Origin: a virus
Taxonomy: Duplodnaviria > Caudoviricetes
Strand: one strand, 5' to 3'
DNA: 64,000 nt
IMG/VR virus record: IMGVR_UViG_3300000968_000002
Coordinates: 5,344 to 69,343 of that record
This document shows positions 1 through 8,218 of this stretch, piece by piece. Each line of letters begins with the position of its first letter. Positions within the stretch are counted from its first letter, which is position 1. A program made the translations under genes and the position numbers. A model generated the notes under the pieces. That model was not told where the DNA came from, did no database searches, and saw only the letters and a list, made by a program, of their open reading frames with translations.

Positions 1-364
1 AATCTTTTAAAAACCGCATATCAAAATCGGCGTTGTGCGCGACAATGTAATCCGGTTCAGGCGCATCGACCGAAATCCTTTTTACATCAAGAACAGCCGC
101 AGCCGGGTCCGGGGACTCTTGAACCATATCTTTTGTAATATGGTGGATTGCCGAAACCTCGGGCGGAATATCGGCCTCGCAGAAGGCGAGAGACGAGGCA
201 TGAATAAAACTATCGGTTTCGATAACCTCATGTCCCATTGCCTCCGTATGAAAATAAGACGGAGCGGACATTCCAATCGCGCCAATCTCGAGGAGTTTCG
301 CTTCCTCATCTATTCCCGTCGTTTCGGTGTCGACCACCATGATTTGAACCGTCTGATCATCCAT
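1..364 (-). CDS. DEDDh 3'-5' exonuclease (DnaQ/ExoX-like), partial, runs off the left edge
   Basis: Not in the ORF track; manual translation from ATG 364 gives VVDTETTG...IPPEVSAIHHITKDMV...YIVAHNADFDMRFL (ExoI and ExoII motifs). Confidence 0.85.
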   Translation of the reverse strand, partial: MDDQTVQIMVVDTETTGIDEEAKLLEIGAIGMSAPSYFHTEAMGHEVIETDSFIHASSLAFCEADIPPEVSAIHHITKDMVQESPDPAAAVLDVKRISVDAPEPDYIVAHNADFDMRFLKD

Positions 365-1496
365 TAGTTTTCTCCTTTTTGGGTCCTGCAATTCCTAAAA
401 TATCCGTCAGATGCGTCCCGGCTATATCCGGGAGATTGCCGTCCTCGGCATCTTGCATCAGTTGATCGTATTTGTATTTCGTATGGCCGACAGTTTCAGG
501 TCCGTCAGAGTAACCCCTCCAGCGCCCTTCTTTGAGACACTCGGAAATCAAATCGAGAGCCTTGCGATTTTGACGAGCTCCCAGCCATAACGTGTTGTTG
601 TTGAGCGGCGCGACTTGCGGGACGTAAGGCTCAACCTTCTCCTGACAAACCAGAACAGCCGTATCGATAACCTTCCCGAGAACGCGCGCAATCCCTTCCA
701 TCCCGAGAGCAAGCTGCATATCATATCCGTAATCACTAATAGCTTTACTGATCTTTCGCGGGTGAGCTGAAACTGTCGTCTTGTAATCCGCAAGGATCGA
801 ATCCGTCGGCACCACATCAGGGCGTATCTTTACCCATATGCCGGTCTCAGGGTCTTGCCATGCAATCGTTGTCTCGATCTCCCCTTCGAGAATACCTTTC
901 TGAACCATTGGGTCTTTAGATAGCTCAAGTGCCATTTTGCGAAATATCTCGATATCATCTTCACCGACGATCGTCAGGCCTGCCCAATCGGCGCAAAACT
1001 TCCACGCCTTTTTATATGCCGCAAATCCTGTGTATTCACGCTTGTGCTTATCGATATAAGCCTTTTTCTTCACCACCCGGGTTTTGATCTTGCCCGTCTC
1101 TTTGTCTATGACAGGCTTTCCGAGGCGCATGACGTCGACGGTTTCCTCCCACTCTGTAAGCTTCACGCCCTCGTTGGTGTTAAAATTCTTGAATTTATGA
1201 ATGGCAAACTCATTAGAGGGTAAGTCACGCTCAAGTAAAAACGCGTGAACCGCCTTCCCAAATCTCAAGGCCTCGCTCGTTTGGTGAGGTATTCGGTCCG
1301 GGTTGTGGACACAATGCGCCCAATAATGCTTAGGTGATTTTTCAAGAATACGCCTCAAGCCAGTACTCGAAACCGAATGTCCGGGAAAAAGGTCCGGGTC
1401 TCCGTGATATCTTTCGATCGGGACGTTATACACTCCCGGGCGAGTGATTTGCTCGTCGGGACCGATAGTCCTAACGCGAGAAATAAGTGCGTTCAT
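357..1496 (-). CDS. Exonuclease VIII / RecE C-terminal-like PD-(D/E)XK nuclease (DUF3799-like)
   Basis: SVSSTGLR..SPKHY, GKAVH, KIRPD..ADYKT, YGYDMQLA motifs. Confidence 0.85.
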   Translation of the reverse strand: MNALISRVRTIGPDEQITRPGVYNVPIERYHGDPDLFPGHSVSSTGLRRILEKSPKHYWAHCVHNPDRIPHQTSEALRFGKAVHAFLLERDLPSNEFAIHKFKNFNTNEGVKLTEWEETVDVMRLGKPVIDKETGKIKTRVVKKKAYIDKHKREYTGFAAYKKAWKFCADWAGLTIVGEDDIEIFRKMALELSKDPMVQKGILEGEIETTIAWQDPETGIWVKIRPDVVPTDSILADYKTTVSAHPRKISKAISDYGYDMQLALGMEGIARVLGKVIDTAVLVCQEKVEPYVPQVAPLNNNTLWLGARQNRKALDLISECLKEGRWRGYSDGPETVGHTKYKYDQLMQDAEDGNLPDIAGTHLTDILGIAGPKKEKTNG

Positions 1497-1562
1497 AAAT
1501 AAGCCTCACAATGGATTCGCAGCTTGCTTTTCAAGGAAATGAAGAACTTTATCAAGTCGAAA

Positions 1563-1578
1563 TCTCGTTTTTTTGAGA
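1563..1578. promoter_or_regulatory. Dyad box TCTCG-TTTTTTT-GAGA between divergent -35 hexamers
   Basis: 7 bp from TTGACG (1586-1591, +) and 7 bp from TTGATA (1550-1555, -); member of an 11-copy family. Confidence 0.7.
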
Positions 1579-1621
1579 TTTTTCGTTGACGCAGCCGATC
1601 TTTTCGCTATCGCTTTCCGGC

Positions 1622-1870
1622 ATGAAAGCTGCATACACCCTACTCGACCGAGCCCGTAAGTTAATCAAAGATAGCGACGGAAAAATCACAATCGCTAAGA
1701 TCGCACAACGATCTGGCGTTAATGACGGATGGCTCCGGCGTCTGTTGGAACCTGGCACCAAGCACAAAACCCTCGACTATCTCAAAAAGCTCGAGACAAC
1801 TGTCGGTGAGTTTGAGGTTGAGGCGGCACAAAAGATCGAGGCCAATAAGGCCAAGACGCAGGACGGCTAA
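1622..1870 (+). CDS. Cro/CI-type HTH transcriptional regulator, probably leaderless
   Basis: ITIAKIAQRSGVNDGWLRRLL helix-turn-helix; ATG 1622 preferred over TTG 1586, which is the -35 hexamer. Confidence 0.6.
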   Translation: MKAAYTLLDRARKLIKDSDGKITIAKIAQRSGVNDGWLRRLLEPGTKHKTLDYLKKLETTVGEFEVEAAQKIEANKAKTQDG

Positions 1871-1915
1871 TGGCGGAAATCCGTTCTGGTGGGTAATTTC
1901 CGCTGGAGAAACTAA

Positions 1916-2434
1916 ATGGCGAAATCCATCGATGATCCCGAGTCCCGGGATGAAATCAAAAGCCCCTCTAACCAAGTATCTGACGAGGAATTTCGTTCCT
2001 ACGTCCGGCAAGAGGTCGCTTTAAGGAAAGTGGTCGCTGACGCAAATCAGAAGCGCAGCACTTTCCGCAAGACTATCAAGGCTAATGGCGTAATGCTTGG
2101 TGAGTTTGACGAGATTATCAAAATGCTCGATCGACCTCGCGAGGAAGTCAAAGAGTCCTTTGCTATCCGGGAGCGTTACGCTCGGATGATGAAACTTCCC
2201 GTCGGGACTCAAACTGACATGTTTGAAGACGACGGAACAAGAAAACAAGCCAAGCCGGAAATGGGACACCATATCGCGTTCTCAAAAGGCTATCAGGCAG
2301 GCGTGCTCGGCAAAGAGGCCAAGGTCCCGGAGGAAAGTCTCGACTTTAATCAGGATTGGATGAAGGGCTGGAAAGCTGGTCAAGACAGCATCAGCATGGA
2401 CTTTGTTAAATCTGTTGAGGACGCTAAGTCGTGA
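1916..2434 (+). CDS. GapR (DUF2312)-like protein with C-terminal RMF-like motif
   Basis: FRSYVRQEVALRKVV...IKANG...IIKMLDRPREE...YARMMKL pattern; C-terminal KGYQAG...DWMKGWKAG. Confidence 0.5.
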   Translation: MAKSIDDPESRDEIKSPSNQVSDEEFRSYVRQEVALRKVVADANQKRSTFRKTIKANGVMLGEFDEIIKMLDRPREEVKESFAIRERYARMMKLPVGTQTDMFEDDGTRKQAKPEMGHHIAFSKGYQAGVLGKEAKVPEESLDFNQDWMKGWKAGQDSISMDFVKSVEDAKS

Positions 2435-2988
2435 AAACTGCGATCGCGATCGATCCATCAGTCGCGAACACAGGATATTGCAGGGGGCCGGTCGATGGAT
2501 CAGGCCCCCTTGTTATTGACAGCTTTGGGATCGACAAAGCTTTTTCAGGAGATGTCGGTGAGCAGCTCTTTGACTTCGATAAGAAAATGGCTCCTCGTTT
2601 AACCGGCGTGGACTTAATTTTTTTCGAGAAACCTATCAGGCCTTTCGGTAAGATGGCAAACCTCAACATACTGCGCCCGCTTTACAGTATTTCCGGGCAT
2701 ATCGAGTTTATGGCTCGCCAGCGCGGGATTAAGTGTTTTGAAGTCGACAACGGAAAGCATAAAAAACTCATCTACGGTAAAGGTGGGACAAAACCTCAAA
2801 ACACTGTAGAGCTGGCCGGAGCTTGGGGTTTTGAGTGCAAAAATGCTGACGAGGCGGATGCCTGCGGGATCTGGCTTTATTCAATCCAAAAGGTTTATGA
2901 GGAGTTTTTCCCTCAATACCTCAAGACGAAAGAAGCCTCACCGATCGTCCCGTTCATCCCAAAGCCTAAAAAGAAAAAATCTAAATAA
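2431..2988 (+). CDS. ruvC: RuvC-like Holliday junction resolvase
   Basis: IAIDPSVANTGY, FFEKP, NADEADACGI acidic catalytic motifs. Confidence 0.8.
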   Translation: MKTAIAIDPSVANTGYCRGPVDGSGPLVIDSFGIDKAFSGDVGEQLFDFDKKMAPRLTGVDLIFFEKPIRPFGKMANLNILRPLYSISGHIEFMARQRGIKCFEVDNGKHKKLIYGKGGTKPQNTVELAGAWGFECKNADEADACGIWLYSIQKVYEEFFPQYLKTKEASPIVPFIPKPKKKKSK

Positions 2989-3085
2989 CACAACAGGCGG
3001 ACTTCTTGTCCGCTTGCCAGCAGGCGCGAACTTGACTATCGCCCCTCCTTATTCTTGCGAATACCAACAGACAGGAGACTTTCCA

Positions 3086-4594
3086 ATCAAAACGATTCCA
3101 CACAATTTCGGCGTAGAGCAGGCTTTGCTCGGTGCTTTGATTTTCGATAACAAACAGGTCGACCAGCTTTCCGATAAACTATCAGAGCTCTCGTTTTACG
3201 GGGAACAGCATATTTTAATTTGGCGTGCGCTTGTTGCAATCCGCCGGGATGGAGGGATCGCAGATGGTGAGACCTTGATCGATTTTTTTAATCGCGAGGA
3301 TAAACTCAAAGACATCGGAGGTGAGGAGTATCTCGCTAAAATGGTAAATCGCGCGGCACTTGAGGCAGAGCTCGATGAATACGCCTCTATCCTGCTCGAC
3401 CTTCAAAACCGGCGTGGGCTTATCCACATGGCTCAAACCGTTGAGGCTAGCGCTATTAAACCCGAAATCGGTCAGAACGCATCTGACATAGCATCCTCAG
3501 CACAAAAAACCCTTTCCTCAATCATGCTTGGAACCTCCGTAAAACCACCGACTCAAGTGCATGATGGAATCCGCGCCTATGCTAAAAAAGTCAAAGAAGG
3601 CAAGGAGGCTGGGACGCAGCCATTTCTTAAAACAGGGATTGCCCCTCTCGATCGTCGTCTTGGTGGGGGGTTGTTTTCACCAGACCTTATTATTCTTGCG
3701 GGACGTCCGTCGATGGGAAAATCAATGTCAGCCATTAAAATCGCTGACGGTGTGGCTCGGCAGCCTTCTCTAAAAAAAGAGGGTAAGGGCGCAAGTGTTT
3801 TAATCCATAGCCTTGAGATGAGTGACGAGCAGATCAACGGTCGCTTAATGACCTCGAATGAGCATGAGGTTTACGGCATAAGGCGATCCTCTCGCAATAT
3901 GCGCAATTTCCAAATCAAAGATGAGCACCTTGACGCAATGGTCGAACACTCCGTTCACATTGGCGATATTCATATCGATGACCGGGAGGCTGTCACAATA
4001 AGAGATATCAGAATCCGCGCGCTAGATCATATTCGTCGCATTGGATATCTCGACATGATCTTGATCGATTATATTCAAATCATGGGAACAAGCCCTGAGG
4101 ATGCGAAAAAGAACCGAGTTGAGCAAATTTCAATTATGACGCAAGGCCTTAAGAACTTAGCCAAAGAGTTAGAAATTCCTGTCGTTGCTCTCGCTCAATT
4201 ATCCCGTCAAGTCGAGCAGAGAGATGATAAGCGTCCGCAGCTTTCAGACCTCCGGGATAGTGGCTCGATCGAGCAAGATGCTGACGTCGTGATCTTTGTC
4301 TATCGTGAGCATTATTACCTAAAGAGAAGTGAGCCTAAGCACGGATCTGACAAGCATGAAGCTTGGAAAGCCAATATGGCTAAGACAGAGCACAAAATCA
4401 CATATATTGCAGGAAAGCAGAGATTTGGGCCTGTAGGGTCAGAGGATGCATGGTGCGACCTAATGACCGGATATGTGGGTCACATGAACCCTAACGATGA
4501 ATTTGGGTCAGCTCGTGCAAACAATCCTCAATGGAACACTCGGGAGGGTTTTGTGCTTGAAGACAAGAGAGCCGAAAACAGAATTCCATTTTAA
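3086..4594 (+). CDS. dnaB: Replicative DNA helicase DnaB (start uncertain: ATC 3086 or TTG 3032)
   Basis: PHNFGVEQALLG N-terminus, Walker A AGRPSMGKS, IDYIQ, LSRQVEQRDDKRPQLSDLRDSGSIEQDAD. Confidence 0.95.
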   Translation: MKTIPHNFGVEQALLGALIFDNKQVDQLSDKLSELSFYGEQHILIWRALVAIRRDGGIADGETLIDFFNREDKLKDIGGEEYLAKMVNRAALEAELDEYASILLDLQNRRGLIHMAQTVEASAIKPEIGQNASDIASSAQKTLSSIMLGTSVKPPTQVHDGIRAYAKKVKEGKEAGTQPFLKTGIAPLDRRLGGGLFSPDLIILAGRPSMGKSMSAIKIADGVARQPSLKKEGKGASVLIHSLEMSDEQINGRLMTSNEHEVYGIRRSSRNMRNFQIKDEHLDAMVEHSVHIGDIHIDDREAVTIRDIRIRALDHIRRIGYLDMILIDYIQIMGTSPEDAKKNRVEQISIMTQGLKNLAKELEIPVVALAQLSRQVEQRDDKRPQLSDLRDSGSIEQDADVVIFVYREHYYLKRSEPKHGSDKHEAWKANMAKTEHKITYIAGKQRFGPVGSEDAWCDLMTGYVGHMNPNDEFGSARANNPQWNTREGFVLEDKRAENRIPF

Positions 4595-4601
4595 AATCAA
4601 T

Positions 4602-4634
4602 GAACCCCGCGTCTGAATTAACAGGGCGGGGTTC
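4602..4634. terminator. GC-rich hairpin after dnaB with no U-tract (weak terminator or processing site)
   Basis: GAACCCCGC...GCGGGGTTC inverted repeat. Confidence 0.4.
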
Positions 4635-4741
4635 TGCGAATACCATCGACACGGGTTTGACTTCCGTGGAGAGGCCCGATCGCTATAGCAACCGATTTCG
4701 CCTCATAAAAGTAAAAACGAACAAATAGACCGGAAAAAAAC

Positions 4742-5632
4742 ATGCCAATTCATAATTTTGACACTGAAATCGCAATGCAAGTCGGGGTTAATGCTGCCAC
4801 AATATACCAAAATTTCTGCTTCTGGCTTGATAAAAACAGAGCCAATGAAAAGCACTTTTACGAAAAGACATACTGGACTTACAACTCTGTGAGAGCGCTA
4901 TCCGAGCTGCATCCTTACTTGACACCAAGTCAGGTCAGGACTGCAATGGACAAGCTCATCGAGCACGAGCTACTTATAAAAGGGAATTTCAATAAGAAAG
5001 GATATGACCGCACCCTTTGGTATTCTGCTCCACTCCATTTGCTAAAAATACAAAATGGAAGTGTTGAAAATAACACACCAATACCAGATAAAAAACCAGA
5101 TAAAAAACCAGATATTACCCCCTTACCCCCTAAAGGGGATGATATCGATGAAAATGATATCGTTGATTTCTCCGATGAACGCCTTGATGCAAAAGTTCAG
5201 ATTCCCTTCCTTGATAAATTTATCCCGGATAGAGCTCTAAAGGATTTTGCGATTTACGATCTCAAGCTTACAGCCGATGAGTTCAGGGATGCGATGACCC
5301 TTTGTACAGAATACTGGCGCGGGAGAGCCAAGCGCGCCAACGGAAAGAAAACTCCTCGAGGCTGGAAAGCTGCTATCAAGAGCTGGCTCCGTAAGGACGC
5401 CGTGAGCCTAAAAGCCAAATGGCGCCCGGCTCCTGTTGACCTTCGGGAGCAAACGGAAAGCACAAAAGTCGATCCGAGCTCTGTCTCTGATGATATTTGG
5501 GAGTATGACGTGCGGATTTTCCGGGACGAGGGAACGTGGCGCGGCACCGGTCCTGCGCCCGATCAAGATGGATGCCTAGCTCCCAAGAGTATTTTACAAT
5601 CTTACGGTTATGATGTAACTGCGAATCAGTGA
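4742..5632 (+). CDS. Phage replication initiator (lambda O / replisome organiser-like)
   Basis: N-terminal FDTEIA..VGVNAA..YWTYNS wHTH-type block, PDKKPDKKPD linker, PLPPKG motif, position after dnaB. Confidence 0.65.
   Translation: MPIHNFDTEIAMQVGVNAATIYQNFCFWLDKNRANEKHFYEKTYWTYNSVRALSELHPYLTPSQVRTAMDKLIEHELLIKGNFNKKGYDRTLWYSAPLHLLKIQNGSVENNTPIPDKKPDKKPDITPLPPKGDDIDENDIVDFSDERLDAKVQIPFLDKFIPDRALKDFAIYDLKLTADEFRDAMTLCTEYWRGRAKRANGKKTPRGWKAAIKSWLRKDAVSLKAKWRPAPVDLREQTESTKVDPSSVSDDIWEYDVRIFRDEGTWRGTGPAPDQDGCLAPKSILQSYGYDVTANQ
5083..5114 (+). repeat. 12-bp tandem repeat ACCAGATAAAAA x2.7 (candidate origin iterons)
   Basis: Copies at 5083, 5095 and 5107 inside the initiator gene. Confidence 0.6.
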
Positions 5633-5656
5633 CTACGCATCGACATTGGGTAGCGG

Positions 5657-6211
5657 GTGATTAAGTGGACGCGAGATGAATTAAATCTTGCAGTCCGGTT
5701 AACCAGCACGCTCGGCTTTTCATTCGAAAAAGCTAGCAGGATTATGGTCCGGCATGGGTTTTCGCAGCGCTTACCATCAGAAATCTCCAAAAAGATAGAA
5801 ACTGATGCGCCTCGAGCTTGGAGCACCTTGCAAGCAGCTCAAGAAAAACGACAATCAGTTAAACTTTGCGGAATAAACGCGCCGATTCCTCGCAGGCGCT
5901 TTCAAACCATATCTGCCGATCTTGTTAGGTTTATTCAGTCTTTGCCCGAGGGAGAAAGCCTTGAGGAGATATGCTGGAGCGCCAGAAATGCAGGCTTTGA
6001 CGTCAATCTCACAGATATAGACCTCACGACAAAGACGGCAGGATATAAACCTCGAGTCCTAAATATCATTGGAATCGAGTATGACGAAGCTATCATGCAA
6101 GACCTTTGCCTTTGGCCTGCCTCGGAAAGCAACGCCTGCGGACGCGATCGAGAAGTGGGCAGATATTGCGGCGCTCATAGCGTCCGGGCCTTGGGAAGCC
6201 TACCCTATTAA
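5657..6211 (+). CDS. GcrA-like cell-cycle regulator
   Basis: N-terminal KWTRDEL helix; C-terminal CLWP...CG...YCGAH resembling GcrA CKWP..FCG..YCxxH. Confidence 0.6.
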   Translation: MIKWTRDELNLAVRLTSTLGFSFEKASRIMVRHGFSQRLPSEISKKIETDAPRAWSTLQAAQEKRQSVKLCGINAPIPRRRFQTISADLVRFIQSLPEGESLEEICWSARNAGFDVNLTDIDLTTKTAGYKPRVLNIIGIEYDEAIMQDLCLWPASESNACGRDREVGRYCGAHSVRALGSLPY

Positions 6212-6849
6212 CGCCCGGCTCTCTCGGCTGCCTCTTGGCTGTTTTTTTCCTTGTGAGCAGCTTTCGTTATTGCCCGGAGGTTATCTGGACCCCAAAATTT
6301 TATGAACTCAATAAGGGGAAGGTGGTTGAAATCTCTATAAACCTGATAAAGCGGTATTATGTGATCGATATCAAAATTTGTATGCTCACCTAAAGGTTCT
6401 CCTGATAGCGCGCAGATCCCGTTTTGTTTTTCGAAAAAGTTTTTCCAAAAATCGTGTGGATTTTGCATAAGCGTTAAACCGATATTGCAGGGAACATGCC
6501 AATATCCTCGAGCGCTTTTACCTTTCCCATCCCAATCCTCATGCCACCCGAGGTTATACCGGACACCGCCACACATTGGGCAGCCAAGGTGACTGTATGG
6601 GCTTTTGGGTGGCTCGCGGAACATTGGCTTAAACTTCGTTTGTGTCCATCGACCGTTGATCGTATGAAATCTCCCGACGCCCTTCATGCGCGGCCATTCA
6701 AATTTTGGAGGCTCCGATTGCTCGCTCATCATTTTATGCATCAAGAGCCAGGCTTCAAACGGACGTCGAAACCAGTATCTTTGAACGCGCATAGACGGCG
6801 TGTCGAAACTTTTGGCCGGCAGGGACTTGACGATCTCGGGAGTTTTCAT
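6208..6849 (-). CDS. HNH endonuclease-like protein
   Basis: CPMCGG, CALSG, DIDHIIPL...NLRAITKAAHKEKN. Confidence 0.7.
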   Translation of the reverse strand: MKTPEIVKSLPAKSFDTPSMRVQRYWFRRPFEAWLLMHKMMSEQSEPPKFEWPRMKGVGRFHTINGRWTQTKFKPMFREPPKSPYSHLGCPMCGGVRYNLGWHEDWDGKGKSARGYWHVPCNIGLTLMQNPHDFWKNFFEKQNGICALSGEPLGEHTNFDIDHIIPLYQVYRDFNHLPLIEFIKFWGPDNLRAITKAAHKEKNSQEAAERAGR

Positions 6850-6955
6850 CCTTGTTTAATGGCACAGAATATATTTTTTTCAAAAAAAACTTGCTGTTGT
6901 CCGTGAACTTAGACTATCGACCTTCTCGCGAATACAAATCTAAGAGGAGCTTTAT

Positions 6956-8218
6956 ATGAGCTATGACTTACAAAAACCCGTCTGGTTTCAAAACGACGGA
7001 GAAATCGATCCCCTTGTTGTGACGACAATGGGCGTGAATATAAAACCTAAAGACAGCTCAATCGGACATTTTGGGACGGGTCTGAAATTTGCGATCGCTA
7101 CAATCTTGAGAGCGGGCGGACGTATAGAGATTTTTTCCGGGCTTAAGCCTATCAATATCAGAACAGAGGATGTTGAGATCAGAGGAGAGCCATTTTCTCT
7201 CGTTGTCGTGAATGAGCAAGCGACGGGCTACACGACGAAACTAGGCCGCAATTGGCAAATGTGGATGGCCTATCGAGAGATTCACAGTAACGGTTTAGAT
7301 GAGCCAAACTTTCAAGTTTCTCATAGCGAAAGCCCGGCGCCAGAGTCAGGTAAGACTTTGATAAAGGTTTATTCTGATGAATTTCAGTCAGAGTATTACA
7401 AGCGAGGCAGAACTTTCCTTTCTAGCGACCCGATTACCTCCACACGGTCTGTTGAAATACATTCTGGTGGAGGAAAAGAGATTTATTATCGCGGTGTAAT
7501 TGTTGGTGTTTTGGAGACACCTTCTCTCCATACGTTCAACTTTTTACAGTCTATTGAGCTCACCGAGGATAGAACGATAAAAAATATCGGGGTCGCTCGA
7601 GGTATTGCTGAGGACGCGATCTCGAGGAATATCGACAATCAAGATATTATCGAAAAAACCATTACGGCTCCAAAAGAAAATTGGGAGCACGGATTCATTT
7701 ACACAGAAATTTTTAACAGCTCGGAGTTTACCTCCTGTCTTCGCTCTCTTTTAGAGAGACCCGATATCGACAAAAACGAGCTCGGGTATAGCGTCAAGGG
7801 TCATGTTGATAGAATACAAAGGTCACTTATAGGTGAGGCTCACGAGATAGAGCTCAATTCTGAAAATCAGGCAGATTTGGATTTTGCCATTCAAACTATT
7901 CGAGATATGGGACTCCCACTTAAAGAGTTTCCGATTGTACCAGTTGAGACCCTCGGTCGAGGCGTGATGGGGCAAGCTAAAGACGGGAAGGCTTTTCTCG
8001 CCCGGGGCGCGTTCCAAAACGGCAGGAAGTATCTGACAGTTACACTTCTCGAGGAGTGGCTTCACTTAACAACGGGATTCACAGATTATTCTCGAGCGTT
8101 TCAGGATTGGTGCATTAACGAGCTGGTTTCCCTTCATGGTCGAAAAAACGACATTGAGATTTTAACTGCGCCTCCAGCCACTATTGAGACACCCACTGAC
8201 GAGGAAATCCCCTTTTAG
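6956..8218 (+). CDS. GHKL (HSP90/MORC-like) ATPase with acidic IPF tail
   Basis: NDGEI, MGVNIK..IGHFGTGLKFA GHKL motifs; C-terminal LEEWLH and DEEIPF. Confidence 0.65.
   Translation: MSYDLQKPVWFQNDGEIDPLVVTTMGVNIKPKDSSIGHFGTGLKFAIATILRAGGRIEIFSGLKPINIRTEDVEIRGEPFSLVVVNEQATGYTTKLGRNWQMWMAYREIHSNGLDEPNFQVSHSESPAPESGKTLIKVYSDEFQSEYYKRGRTFLSSDPITSTRSVEIHSGGGKEIYYRGVIVGVLETPSLHTFNFLQSIELTEDRTIKNIGVARGIAEDAISRNIDNQDIIEKTITAPKENWEHGFIYTEIFNSSEFTSCLRSLLERPDIDKNELGYSVKGHVDRIQRSLIGEAHEIELNSENQADLDFAIQTIRDMGLPLKEFPIVPVETLGRGVMGQAKDGKAFLARGAFQNGRKYLTVTLLEEWLHLTTGFTDYSRAFQDWCINELVSLHGRKNDIEILTAPPATIETPTDEEIPF

Noticed and set aside
2831-3031. N-terminal extension of DnaB in the ORF track
   Set aside because: Overlaps ruvC by about 160 nt and has no DnaB-like sequence
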